Shown here one piece after another: positions 43,987 to 54,189 of a stretch of DNA of 64,000 nt. Source of the stretch: Candidatus Bathyarchaeota archaeon (GTDB taxonomy: Archaea; Thermoproteota; Bathyarchaeia; Bathyarchaeales; Bathycorpusculaceae); NCBI GenBank assembly GCA_963780185.1, contig CAWABA010000004.1, positions 1 to 64,000 on the forward strand. The letters run 5' to 3'. The first letter of the stretch is position 1; each line of letters starts with the position of its first letter. Below the pieces are notes generated by a model that saw nothing but the letters and a program-made list of their open reading frames with translations, did no database searches and was not told the DNA's origin. Position numbers and translations under genes: made by a program.

Positions 43987-44847
43987 TCACCTAGGAGGAC
44001 TGATCGAATCAACTATCAACAAGATTATGCCCACGCCCGCAGGTGTTATAACGTAAACCAGAAGGGTAAGCAAAACTTGCGGGCTGATGTTTCCAAGCAT
44101 CGTGGCGCCGCCGCCTAAAAACGACATTACAGTAAGCATAACAACCAGCGACAGAGGAAGAGCAATCATGAAGCTAACATACACCTCAGCCATGCCTGCC
44201 AAACTCTCCAAGTAGCCCTTCATCGAGGCAACTCTGGCTTTCTTGTACTTCTCACCCGCATCCCGCAAATAAGCAGCCAAGTCGCCGCCGACATGCGTCG
44301 TAGTCACAATGCCGTCAAGCATCCCCGCGAACTTGCGCGACGCCGAACGCAAAGCCCCGCTCTTTAGGGCTTCGTTAAGGTCTAACCCTAACACTTCAAT
44401 GTCACCGATGATTCGGCGAACCTCTTGCCCTAAACCAAACTCATCGCCCACATTAGCCAAGGAACGAAAAACTCTTTCAGGAGGCATCCCAGAGCTGGCA
44501 AGAACAGCCATGAAATTTGCCGTAAGAGGAAGGCATGCATCTATCCTTCTTGCTTTTGAAGAAATCCCCAGCATGGGATACGTGTAGGAAATGCCGAACG
44601 CACAAACAAAAAATAGGAGCCCGATCAGAAGCGAAAGGACAACGTTAAATGAAATCATGAGTGCCAGATAAAAAGAGACTGTGCCCGAAACGACTGAGGC
44701 GAAAGCCATTATTCCCACATAGGCTTGAAAGGTGATCTTTAAGCTGGCTTTAGCAAGGCTTGATTGTAGGGAGCTGAATTTGGAGACAAGGCTTTTTGGG
44801 ATAACGTCGAATATTTTCAGCGACAGGTTCAGCAATGCCTTATTCAT
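43987..44847 (-). CDS. Type II secretion system F / TadC-like pilus platform protein
   Basis: IDACLP...MAVLASSG, LGLDL and GGDL motifs. Confidence 0.85.
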   Translation of the reverse strand: MNKALLNLSLKIFDVIPKSLVSKFSSLQSSLAKASLKITFQAYVGIMAFASVVSGTVSFYLALMISFNVVLSLLIGLLFFVCAFGISYTYPMLGISSKARRIDACLPLTANFMAVLASSGMPPERVFRSLANVGDEFGLGQEVRRIIGDIEVLGLDLNEALKSGALRSASRKFAGMLDGIVTTTHVGGDLAAYLRDAGEKYKKARVASMKGYLESLAGMAEVYVSFMIALPLSLVVMLTVMSFLGGGATMLGNISPQVLLTLLVYVITPAGVGIILLIVDSISPPR

Positions 44848-46486
44848 TTTTAATAACCTCTTTTAAGATCGGCTCGGGTTTTTCAAGGTAGCTTCGCACG
44901 ATGTTTGAGACCTCTTTGTAGTTCCGCGTGTTATTCTTAACCAGCCAACGAATCAATTCGGCTCTGCGGCCAATCTCCTCCATGGCTTCTTCAGGAGTTT
45001 TACCTACTTTCTCAGCAACCTTCTCCAAAATGTAGCTTCGACCAGTAAAATCAAAAGTATCCTGACTCGGGTTCCACCTGTAAACCTCATTCGTCAAAAT
45101 TTCACCCGACCGCGGATCTAACCCCACTATTTCGGAGGTTGAAACAGTTTTCCTCACGGGTTTCCCGTTTAACTCCACCCTTTTTTGGACGAGAATGATG
45201 TCTATTCCTGCGATAAGCGTGCGCGGAATATTCATAGGCGCCGATTCCAGCCGGTAAACCGCTGACTCCACGGATTCAGCGTGAACAGTGGACATTCCAA
45301 GGTGACCCGTGCTTACGGCTTGGAAAAGAGTGTAAGCTTCCGCGCCCCTGATTTCGCCTACAATGATGTAGTCGGGTCTTTGCCTCAGCGACGCCTTCAA
45401 AAGATCAAAAAGCGTCACGTCTGAGTTTTCAGTTGAAAGACCAAAATGTGTCCTTGTCGCCGCAGGAATCCAGTTCTGATGCGGAAGATTCAACTCAGGA
45501 GTATCTTCGATCGAGACCACTTTTAGGTCTGGCTTGATGAACATGCTTAGGCAGTTCAGCAGGGTAGTTTTGCCTGCCGCGATGCCGCCTGCCACCAGAA
45601 TCGAAACCCGGTTTTCCACCGCGTACCAGAAGAAAGCAGCCATCTCAGCCGACAACGTGTTGAAAGACACCAGGTCGGTTACCGTGAATGGGTCAAGCTT
45701 GAATTTTCTGATGGTGAAAGTTGAGCCTTTACGGGTAACTTCGCTGCCGTAGGTTAAGTTAATTCGGCTGCCGTCAGGCAAACTGGCATCCAGCATGGGC
45801 TGCGCGATGGACACGTGGCTTCCGCAAAGGTAAGCCAGCCTCAAAGCGTAAGTGTCAAGCTCCTCCGCGGTTTCAAACCGAATGTTAGTGGGGATAGACT
45901 CGAATTTTCTGTGCCAAATATACATGGGAACGTTGACGCCGTCGCATGAAATGTCCTCGATTAAGGGGTCATGCATAAGCGAGTCGATTTTGCCGAAGCC
46001 AAGGTTATCCCTTACGATGTAGTAGAGCAGTTTGCTGCGGGTTTCGGGGGCTAAGTCGAATTTGTAGTCGTCGAATATCTTCTTGCTCTTTTCAACCAAG
46101 TATTCTGCAGCGGCCTGCTTCGACTTGAGCTCTTTAGGCTTAAACTCTAGCACTTCGTTTAGAATAAGTTTCAGCCGCTCCAGATTCGCAAGGTCCACTT
46201 TATCCAGCGCGGGTTCCTCAACGGCATAGTTAATGTTGCCTCTTGACATGTCCCGAGTGACCTGCGCGTAGGCGTATGGAGCGTTAAGCGCGTAGCTTTC
46301 CAGCAAAGCAACGTCGTTTGCAAGAACCTCCGCTTTGGTTTCAGGTACCGACGCATTTTGATCTGAATTGTCAACCGTGCTCCCTGCTGCCATGTCTTCG
46401 ATAACTGTGCTTTCCGTTATGGCAACGGGTTTTTTTCGGTTAAACAGTTTTCCTATCTGTTTGTTGAACACCGTGAATATATCCAT
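44840..46486 (-). CDS. Type IV pilus assembly ATPase (VirB11/AapE/ArlI-like)
   Basis: GGIAAGKTT, SIEDTPE, LRQRPDYIIVGEIRG and TGH...STVHA. Confidence 0.93.
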   Translation of the reverse strand: MDIFTVFNKQIGKLFNRKKPVAITESTVIEDMAAGSTVDNSDQNASVPETKAEVLANDVALLESYALNAPYAYAQVTRDMSRGNINYAVEEPALDKVDLANLERLKLILNEVLEFKPKELKSKQAAAEYLVEKSKKIFDDYKFDLAPETRSKLLYYIVRDNLGFGKIDSLMHDPLIEDISCDGVNVPMYIWHRKFESIPTNIRFETAEELDTYALRLAYLCGSHVSIAQPMLDASLPDGSRINLTYGSEVTRKGSTFTIRKFKLDPFTVTDLVSFNTLSAEMAAFFWYAVENRVSILVAGGIAAGKTTLLNCLSMFIKPDLKVVSIEDTPELNLPHQNWIPAATRTHFGLSTENSDVTLFDLLKASLRQRPDYIIVGEIRGAEAYTLFQAVSTGHLGMSTVHAESVESAVYRLESAPMNIPRTLIAGIDIILVQKRVELNGKPVRKTVSTSEIVGLDPRSGEILTNEVYRWNPSQDTFDFTGRSYILEKVAEKVGKTPEEAMEEIGRRAELIRWLVKNNTRNYKEVSNIVRSYLEKPEPILKEVIKNE

Positions 46487-46556
46487 CCTAAGTTTTTACA
46501 CTAATAAATAAAAAAGAAAGAGAGGCAAAAAGAATGCAAAAGCTCAGTTACGACTC

Positions 46557-47000
46557 TTAAGGTGCCTGCTGTGTTGTTTGGCTGTATGTTCCGCCTTGGG
46601 TAGTTACTTTAATGGTGACTGTTTGTCCGCTTATCAGTGAAGGACCAGATGCCGATGTAATGATCGCGGTGCTCCCAGCAGCTAACGAAGACGTCGAAGA
46701 AGTAGCACTGGCATCCTGCACACCATTAATGTACAGACACTGCGCCGAAACAATAGTAACTGTATTCGTACCCACATTTTGCAGATACACAGTTGCAACC
46801 TTTTCACTAGTAGGCGTGCCCGTAAAAGTCACGCTTTGAACCTGCACTGCGCTGCCGGTGTTACTCGTTTGAAAACCGATGTAGCCCATAACCCAAGCAT
46901 AAACAACAAGCGAAGCCACGACTGCAATAGCTATCAAAAGTAACGTCGCAATTATAGGCGAAATGGCCTTGCCATTTTTACGAATTTTACGAAAAATCAT
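46557..47000 (-). CDS. Probable major archaeal type IV pilin
   Basis: GKA|ISPIIATLLLIAIAVVASLVVYAW; short 147-aa ORF at the head of the operon. Confidence 0.85.
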   Translation of the reverse strand: MIFRKIRKNGKAISPIIATLLLIAIAVVASLVVYAWVMGYIGFQTSNTGSAVQVQSVTFTGTPTSEKVATVYLQNVGTNTVTIVSAQCLYINGVQDASATSSTSSLAAGSTAIITSASGPSLISGQTVTIKVTTQGGTYSQTTQQAP

Positions 47001-47231
47001 GTTAAGAAAGCTCTCCTTTCTTAAGGAAACTCTCGGCTGCCTGCTTAAAAAGCGGTATGCAACAATCTTCTATGAAACAATATTCCACCTTAATTCTTAT
47101 AAGACAAGCGACGAAACATTCCATAGAAGAGTTAGCGCTAACAGCCACCACACCAACGGATTTGAAAAGGAAAAGATAGCTCCAAAGCTTTGTTTATCTA
47201 AGCATCTTAAACATAAAAGGAAAGCCAAATT

Positions 47232-47882
47232 ATGAAGCTTATTAAAACTGGAATCGCAGGCTTAGACGAATTCTTGACTGGAGGGTTACCCCCTAAAATC
47301 CTTCTTTTAATCGGCTTGCCAGGGTCAGGAAACGAAGTCTTCGCGAGGCAAATAGCCTTCTGCAGAGCGAAAGAAGCCAAAGTAACCTACTTCACCGTCC
47401 ACTCAACCCCGGAGGGAGTAAAAGAAGACATGAGCCTCTACAACTGGGACATCTCACCGCTTGAAGCAGCTGGAAACTGGAAATTCCAAACCCTCGCCAA
47501 AGCAAGCAACCTGGCAGAAACCGTAATTGAAGAAATGCAGCAAAACAGAACCGTCATCATCGACTCTTTCTCCGAAGTCCTCTTAACCCGAAAGATCGAG
47601 GAACTAGTAGGTCTCCTCAGCGCTATGTCCCGCGAAAACAGAAACAGCGACCAATACCACCTGCTCCTCTTAACCGAGGGAATGCAAGACCAAAAATCCG
47701 AAACCGCAATGCAGCACTTCGCCGAAGGCGTAATAATATTCAACACCGCATGGACAACAGATAACACGCAAAGAGACATCTTGATTAAAAAAATGAAAGG
47801 TGCCATCGTGCCCTCACGAAGACTACCCTACTCAATCGGCAAACGCGGCTTCCTCATAGAAACAGCAACCAGAATAACCTAA
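47232..47882 (+). CDS. KaiC/RAD55-like protein with degenerate Walker A
   Basis: IKTGIAGLD...GGLP, GLPGSGNE, VIIDS and IKKM. Confidence 0.8.
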   Translation: MKLIKTGIAGLDEFLTGGLPPKILLLIGLPGSGNEVFARQIAFCRAKEAKVTYFTVHSTPEGVKEDMSLYNWDISPLEAAGNWKFQTLAKASNLAETVIEEMQQNRTVIIDSFSEVLLTRKIEELVGLLSAMSRENRNSDQYHLLLLTEGMQDQKSETAMQHFAEGVIIFNTAWTTDNTQRDILIKKMKGAIVPSRRLPYSIGKRGFLIETATRIT

Positions 47883-48000
47883 AAAAAACGGTTTTTCCCG
47901 CTTTCTACGGAATTGCCGCAAGAAAAAATCGGGCCAAAGCTTAGCGCAGAAAGTTTAAGAGAAACATCAAACATACTAGCGTATAGATATTTTCCAAGCG

Positions 48001-48360
48001 GTGAAACGCTTGAAGAAACTGTTGATTTTTGAAAGTCGAAGAAATCATTTTCAGGTTCTATCAGACATTCTTGAGTTATGTAGGATGCCTCAGGCAAAAA
48101 CCTGCATTTTACGCAGCACAAACACAAGTTTTAAGCTGCTTGAGAAGTACCTGCTGCAACTGCAAACATCTGGGCTTTTAGACCTGCAAGACAAAACAAG
48201 AAAATACACAACAACAAAAGAAGGACAAAAATTCATCGAAACATGGGTCTACATAAAAACAATGCTCTACCCCCAAGCCGCGCCAATGCTGACACACAAC
48301 AAAAAACGAACCCTATACAACCACTTAACCGCCATACCCGTAAGAGCAACCGCCGCCTAA
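48001..48360 (+). CDS. Winged-helix regulator (HTH_45-like)
   Basis: RRNHFQVLSDIL...KTCILRSTNTSF...YTTTKEG. Confidence 0.75.
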   Translation: MKRLKKLLIFESRRNHFQVLSDILELCRMPQAKTCILRSTNTSFKLLEKYLLQLQTSGLLDLQDKTRKYTTTKEGQKFIETWVYIKTMLYPQAAPMLTHNKKRTLYNHLTAIPVRATAA

Positions 48361-48674
48361 CACAAAACCGACACCGAAAACGTTGCCTGCACAGAACTTA
48401 CGTAACCCAAGTCCAAAATCCTAGATACCCCTTTTCGCCCGCCCAAACTTGAATTCGAAAGTCCGATTACCCAATAAACTTTTTTTCCACCGTCAGAGCA
48501 TCAGGGGCGGTGAGGGTTTTTGTTTTTGGTTATGTGTTTTGGTGTTCAACACAACTAAGTATAGTTTATTAATACATAATATACTTAAGCAACTTGCCAC
48601 GAAAAAATAACAAGAAAACCCCACGCAAACGCACACTCACAGTGCCGCCAGAAACAAATGGCAAATAAAAAACG

Positions 48675-50840
48675 TTGAACAGTGAAAGAAAAATGTTCAG
48701 AAAAACAAAAACCGTAACCATAGCACTGATAATTACAGTTTCATTACTCATGATAGTGGGCCAAAACAGCGGCTACGCCTCAACAAACGCCCCAGCCGCC
48801 CTAAAAATCTACATCGGACCCACGAGCGTGTCCGCAGACAACAACTCCTACACCTGCATTTACGTTCAACTTCTGGATTCCAGCCAACACCCAACAAGGG
48901 CATTGCAGGACACAGCCATTGGATTATCGTCTTCTAACACAAACATAGGAACAGTCAAACCGTCAATCACCATACCCGCAGGCGCAACATATACGTCAAC
49001 AAGCTTCCAGACAACTTTCAGCCCGGGATCCTCAACAATTGCGGCTACAGCAAGCGGGTTCGCAACCGTGCAGGCAGCAATAACCACCATTGGACCGATT
49101 CCGGCGAAAGTGGCTGTCTACGGGTACCCATCGAGCCTGCCGGCAGACGGCAACACTTACAACTGCATATTAGTTCAGTTGCAGGATTCAAGCGGCGCCC
49201 CCGCGAAAGCTCCCAAGGAAGGAGTCCAAGTTACGCTTTCATGCTCCGACACCACAAACGTCGGATCTGTCGCATCAAACGTCACGATCGCAGAAGGAGG
49301 AACCTACGCAACCACCAGCTTCACCACAGTGGCGGGCACGAACAAAATTTGGACCGCTTCGGTAAGCGGCGTCGCCCAAGGATACACGTCTGTACCACTA
49401 ACCATCACAACCACGCCAGTTGCCACGAACCCGAACATACTCAAAATCTTCAATGGACCCACGCAGATCCCCGCAGACAAGAGCGAGTACCATACGGTAG
49501 CGCTTGAACTGCAGAATGCGACAGGTTTTGTCAGTGAACTTCCATCTGACCTAAGCGTTTCTCTATCGTCATCAGACCAGACCATAGCCCAGATTAACTC
49601 GCAGATAACTATTCAGGCGGGTCAAGCCTTTGGATTGGCGGATTTAACTACAACTTACAAGCCAGGCGCCACGACCATAACCGCGGCAGCCAACAACGTC
49701 AACTCAGGAACACTGCTGATAACAGCGAAGGGCTTTACGCCTTCGAAACTGGCGGTTTTCTGCGTTCCAGCAAGTTTACCCTCTGACAACGGAACATACA
49801 GCGCAATCCAGGTTCAGGTTCAAGATTCAAGCGGGAACCCAGCGAAGGATCCGACCTCCGACGTGACGGTAAGTCTGTTTTCGTCGCAGCCGACGGTTGG
49901 CACTGTCATTTCAACGTTGACTATTCCGTTTGGGCAGTCGCAAGCCGCAGGAACCATCACAGTAACCAACTCGCCTGGAACAACCTCAATCACCGCGCAG
50001 GCGTCAAGCTACACCACGGGGCAAGCAACGATGAATACGTACGTCATAGATTTCATGCCGTTGCAGTTGACTCTAACACCGGACTCCGCAAGCCTCTACA
50101 ACGGACAACAAACAAAGATAACCGTGTACGTAACCGCCAATGACGCCCCAATATTAGGCGCCACAGTACATTTCACATCAGACAACGGAGGAACCTTCAC
50201 GACACCGAAAGAACAAGGAAACGGCTACTACACCACAAACTTCACAGCCACCAGCTTCACAAAAGCAACAACCTGCACAATCACAGCCGCCGCCTCAAAA
50301 ACAGGATACGCAAACTCCCAAGCAACCACATCGATAACTGTCCAGCCGCCCGATTCCACCTCAACCTCAAATTCCACCGCCAACTCCACAACTTCGAACT
50401 CCACCCAAACTTCAAACTCCGCCTCAAAAGCCGCCATGAAAATACAGTTACACCTCCAAGATAGCCAAGGCAACCCGCTAGCCGAAGCAAACCTAACCTC
50501 AATAGTTCAACCAGCTGGAGTGTCACCGCTCTTCGGCGTCACAAACTCAACGGGCTACGTCGTTTTCCAGAAGGTTCCCACGGGAAACTACACGTTTAGA
50601 ATAGTCAAAGAAGGATACTACAACACAAGCCAACGCGTCAACCTGAAAGACGCGCCGATAGCGTTGACATTGACGCTTACCAGCCTCACCAGCGCATCGA
50701 AATCAGCTGGCAGCGGCAACAGTTCCCTACCCACCATTCTAATCGCCGCAGTCGTAGCGGTCGTAGCGGTAGTTGCCGTCATACTGGTCGTTAAACGCAG
50801 AGGGTCAAAAGCCCCCGAAGCGCCAAATTCACAATACTAG
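48675..50840 (+). CDS. Cell-surface protein with tandem Big_1/invasin-like Ig repeats and a C-terminal TM anchor
   Basis: Signal peptide; four PAD...VQLQDSSG-P repeats; ST-rich linker; TM followed by KRR. Confidence 0.78.
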   Translation: MNSERKMFRKTKTVTIALIITVSLLMIVGQNSGYASTNAPAALKIYIGPTSVSADNNSYTCIYVQLLDSSQHPTRALQDTAIGLSSSNTNIGTVKPSITIPAGATYTSTSFQTTFSPGSSTIAATASGFATVQAAITTIGPIPAKVAVYGYPSSLPADGNTYNCILVQLQDSSGAPAKAPKEGVQVTLSCSDTTNVGSVASNVTIAEGGTYATTSFTTVAGTNKIWTASVSGVAQGYTSVPLTITTTPVATNPNILKIFNGPTQIPADKSEYHTVALELQNATGFVSELPSDLSVSLSSSDQTIAQINSQITIQAGQAFGLADLTTTYKPGATTITAAANNVNSGTLLITAKGFTPSKLAVFCVPASLPSDNGTYSAIQVQVQDSSGNPAKDPTSDVTVSLFSSQPTVGTVISTLTIPFGQSQAAGTITVTNSPGTTSITAQASSYTTGQATMNTYVIDFMPLQLTLTPDSASLYNGQQTKITVYVTANDAPILGATVHFTSDNGGTFTTPKEQGNGYYTTNFTATSFTKATTCTITAAASKTGYANSQATTSITVQPPDSTSTSNSTANSTTSNSTQTSNSASKAAMKIQLHLQDSQGNPLAEANLTSIVQPAGVSPLFGVTNSTGYVVFQKVPTGNYTFRIVKEGYYNTSQRVNLKDAPIALTLTLTSLTSASKSAGSGNSSLPTILIAAVVAVVAVVAVILVVKRRGSKAPEAPNSQY

Positions 50841-50920
50841 CCAACCGCCCTTCTCCCTCTTTTACTGTAGCGGCAGGTTAACCATAACGTTATATTAACA
50901 GAAAGTTGAGTTAAGACACT

Positions 50921-51313
50921 GTGACAGATACAGTGCAAAATAGGAAGGTTCCTGACCCGAATCATAAGCATGACATAAAGAAAACCCACGTCGCATTCGT
51001 TGAATATGACGACGTCAACTTCTCCAAACTTGTCAAGGACACAAGATACTTCGGGGAAGGCAACTCCAAAGAACGGGTTATAGAGTTCGATTTCGAATAC
51101 TGCCTCGGCTGCGGGTTAAGGTTGCTTGACGGCAAACCAATAATGACAAGGGACATTTTAGAGCACGAATTCGAAAGACTCGTAAGGCAGGCAAAAAACA
51201 ACAAATACGTTAGCGCAGAGCAAACAACCATACAACATTCAGATTTCGAGACAATGGAGCGACTAATCAAGAGCGCTTTAGAATTTGGAAAACTTCAAGA
51301 AAACAAGGCGTAA
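50921..51313 (+). CDS. Hypothetical protein with HxH and CxxC
   Basis: HKHD...YCLGCG. Confidence 0.55.
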   Translation: MTDTVQNRKVPDPNHKHDIKKTHVAFVEYDDVNFSKLVKDTRYFGEGNSKERVIEFDFEYCLGCGLRLLDGKPIMTRDILEHEFERLVRQAKNNKYVSAEQTTIQHSDFETMERLIKSALEFGKLQENKA

Positions 51314-51374
51314 ACACACTCTCGATCGTATTATTCTAAGAATTTTAAAAAATTTTGGAGCTTAACATGTAGTG

Positions 51375-51970
51375 CTATTGACTTGGAACGCCCAATCTAC
51401 GATATCTAAGCAACGGGTCCTTAACCAATAACTGTTGATCTTTCTGGTTAACAATGTCCTTAATCATCTCCAAAATCTCTGTATGATGCGCTTCATCGCC
51501 GATTATTCTTCTGAAAATCCGTTTAACATGCTCTGAACCAAAGTTATATTTTTTCGGTATTTCGGATTCAAAGAAAAGCAAAGACTTCACTTGGATAAGA
51601 ACCTCATACTCTTCGCCCATCTGACTTTCAAGCAAATTGAGTTTTTCCGTTAATTCAGGTAAATTATCTTCTGAGATTTTGGCTGTGTCAACGAAATATG
51701 ATTCGAATTTGTCCATTGCTTTCTGGGCTTTATGCATCTTTTTTTGGGTGTCTTTTGTTTTCCAGTGACTTGAGGTATACTCTCAACTATGCCTTCAAGT
51801 AAATGGTAGTGTTTTTGGCTATCCAAGGAGACTTCAAGAAGGAGTGCTTTGATTAAGGGGAAATCAACCTTGTCTGCGATGTTTTTGTAAAGTCTGGCGG
51901 TGTTGTCTTCCAAAAGGCTCAGGTTATAAATAAAACCCACTATGTCGTCGGGATTCGCGGTTTTTTTCAT
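51375..51970 (-). CDS. Ferritin/rubrerythrin-like protein (frameshifted)
   Basis: LEDNTARLY...DSQKH and GDEAHH. Confidence 0.7.
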
Positions 51971-52088
51971 GTTGACTCTATTCAAATTAGAATTTATATG
52001 GTTTATTAATACTTTATGAACCAGAGATCCTGCCAAACCCCCAAAGCACTCAAAACAGGCTTGCCTGAAGGTTCCTTGCCTACGGAAA

Positions 52089-52114
52089 CCCAAGTCTACA
52101 AGCCTAGACCAAGC
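52089..52114 (-). repeat. 26-bp exact copy of the tRNA-Pro D-arm/anticodon segment
   Basis: cccaagtctacaagcctagaccaagc is identical to 55197-55222. Confidence 0.85.
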
Positions 52115-52203
52115 GCAATTCTGTTTGCATTCAACTTTGTGGAAGATTTATAAATTGGTGGTCTCATATTGAGGAGTGGGAAAGAATTTCAAAGTGGGAA
52201 AAA

Positions 52204-52455
52204 ATGGAAGAAGCAACTACAAAAATAGATGAAAAAGGCAGGATAATAATCCCAAAGGCCATCAGAAAAAAAGCCAAGTTAAAGCCTGGAACATATGTTA
52301 ACGTGAAATCGAAAGATCACCTAATAATAATTGAACCATCAGAGCCAATAGCAGAGAAGTATTTTGGAATCTTCCAAGTCTCCAAATGGCCAGAAGATTT
52401 AGACGAGTTCGCAACAGAGGCAACCAAAAAATGGTGGATCCAGCAAGGTACATAG
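52204..52455 (+). CDS. AbrB/MazE-type antitoxin (VapB)
   Basis: KIDEKGRIIIPKAIRKKAKLKPG; overlaps the PIN gene. Confidence 0.85.
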   Translation: MEEATTKIDEKGRIIIPKAIRKKAKLKPGTYVNVKSKDHLIIIEPSEPIAEKYFGIFQVSKWPEDLDEFATEATKKWWIQQGT

Positions 52456-52853
52456 ACGTAAACATATTCGTCTACTGGCTTGGAAACCACCCCGACTACG
52501 CCCAGACAGCCAAAAACTGGATTCAAAAAATTGAAAAGGCGCAGCGAGGCAAATACTTCACCGCCAGCCTGACATTGTACGAAGCAACGGTCATTTTAGC
52601 TGGGCTGACAGGAAAAAACCTCAAGGACAAGGACTTCATAACCCAAGTCATAACTCCGATAACGGCGCTCAAGCAATTAACGATAGAACCCCTCAAAGCC
52701 GAAGACCTCAAAAAAGCCGCACAGATAATGGAAATGTGCAAACTCGACTATGAAGATTCACTGCATCTAGCCGTGGCGCAAAGAGTGGGAGCCCAAGAAA
52801 TAGTCTCAAACGACAAAGACTTTGACAGAACAGAAATAAAAAGAACAATCTGA
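52431..52853 (+). CDS. VapC PIN-domain toxin
   Basis: YIDVNIF, LYE, YEDSLHLA and SNDKDFD. Confidence 0.88.
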   Translation: MVDPARYIDVNIFVYWLGNHPDYAQTAKNWIQKIEKAQRGKYFTASLTLYEATVILAGLTGKNLKDKDFITQVITPITALKQLTIEPLKAEDLKKAAQIMEMCKLDYEDSLHLAVAQRVGAQEIVSNDKDFDRTEIKRTI

Positions 52854-52922
52854 GAATTAGCCACCCAAAAAACATCCGATTGGTGGGGGCTGCTGGCACA
52901 CATACCCTCAGCACTTAAAAGC

Positions 52923-54014
52923 TTAAGATATAATTTGATCTAATTCTCTTCTACTCACTAAGTTGTGATTTCCTATTGGATAAAAACTTAACTTTCTTTC
53001 TTTAACAAGCTGTTCTATAGTTTCCGCAGGAACGCCGAAACTTCCATTTTCTTCTTGAATTGGGATTAATTCGCTTTTAACAAAGTTTAGGTTAAGTCCT
53101 GGAATAGAGTAATTGTTCCAGCCAACATAAGGACAAACAATTTTATCAACGGCCTTTTTGTAATCGTTTGAGACTTCAATAAAATGCCTTTTCTGAAAAT
53201 ATTTGTCACACTTAGAGTTAAGCTGCAAAGACTTTATTTCTACTCTTAAACCGAATAGCAAATTTTTCATCTTGGAGATTATTCCTGACTTATTTATCCG
53301 TCTATTCTCAAGGTTTTCAACCTGCTCAGCCATCTCAATTATTTGCGAAGAAATAGCCAACTCAGCATTTTGCAGAAAGGTTTTATGATTTTCCAAAGAT
53401 TGCTTAAGGGCTAAGTCCAATTGCGAATCGTTTCTTGGGCTAAGAACAGATTTGGCAACTAGATAGCTTGCTCTATAACCTAAATTGAAGTCAATTATTG
53501 GCTTAGCGAAAGTACGCTCTTGTTTGACTCCGGCTAAGGTAGCTATGTATAACGTACCATCCTTGCCTTGAACTTCCTTTGTTAAGGCATTAGCCAGTCC
53601 TAAACACCTATTTCGCTCAAATGTTTTGTTTCTTAGCTGATGCTGAATGGTTTCTTCTAAATTAGGTATTAAACTACAGTTCTCAATACTTTCTTCCCAG
53701 CTATGATGTGTTGGATAAAAAGAAGCCATTGACGTATAAGAGTCTTGAATATAATGAAGCGATACCCCCAAGTAAAAATAAGCATTCAAAAAATCTTCTC
53801 TAAGAAAATAATCTCTTGAAGTTAACAAATTTTGCTCAATTACATATGATTTACCGAAATGATGAGGGTAATCACCCCAAGTATCTGGTGCAATAACGCC
53901 TTCTCTAAGCCTTGTTGCCTCTAAGTTTGAAAGAGATATTTCTAATTTTTTGAAAACATCAAAAGTAATTCGGATATGAGTTTTCCAAAGCATGCAATTC
54001 CTTACTAGAACCAA
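52923..54014 (-). CDS. Zinc-dependent phospholipase C / P1-nuclease-fold protein with coiled coil and C-terminal HTH_17-like tail
   Basis: W-x2-H, APD, PHH, LGVSLHYIQD and HHSWE metal ligands; tail GVPAETIEQLVKERKL...LVSRRELD. Confidence 0.65.
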   Translation of the reverse strand: MVLVRNCMLWKTHIRITFDVFKKLEISLSNLEATRLREGVIAPDTWGDYPHHFGKSYVIEQNLLTSRDYFLREDFLNAYFYLGVSLHYIQDSYTSMASFYPTHHSWEESIENCSLIPNLEETIQHQLRNKTFERNRCLGLANALTKEVQGKDGTLYIATLAGVKQERTFAKPIIDFNLGYRASYLVAKSVLSPRNDSQLDLALKQSLENHKTFLQNAELAISSQIIEMAEQVENLENRRINKSGIISKMKNLLFGLRVEIKSLQLNSKCDKYFQKRHFIEVSNDYKKAVDKIVCPYVGWNNYSIPGLNLNFVKSELIPIQEENGSFGVPAETIEQLVKERKLSFYPIGNHNLVSRRELDQIIS

Positions 54015-54189
54015 GCGCTTTTTATGATTTATGAATCAGTGCTCTTTCTGTGGCAAGAATAGTTGATGTTGAGAAAGGTGAGTTGGTAAAGATTCCCCAA
54101 ATTTGAACCCTAGCCCATAAAGTTTAACCCTATAAATTGACCAGGCTAAAGTAGGAAATTCTTTAAGCGAGTAATTACAATTTGCATCC

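Noticed and set aside
42130-47882. Archaellum (motility) operon
   Set aside because: No recognisable ArlB archaellin, ArlF/G or single ArlJ. Two TadC-like genes and pilins fit a type IV pilus better.
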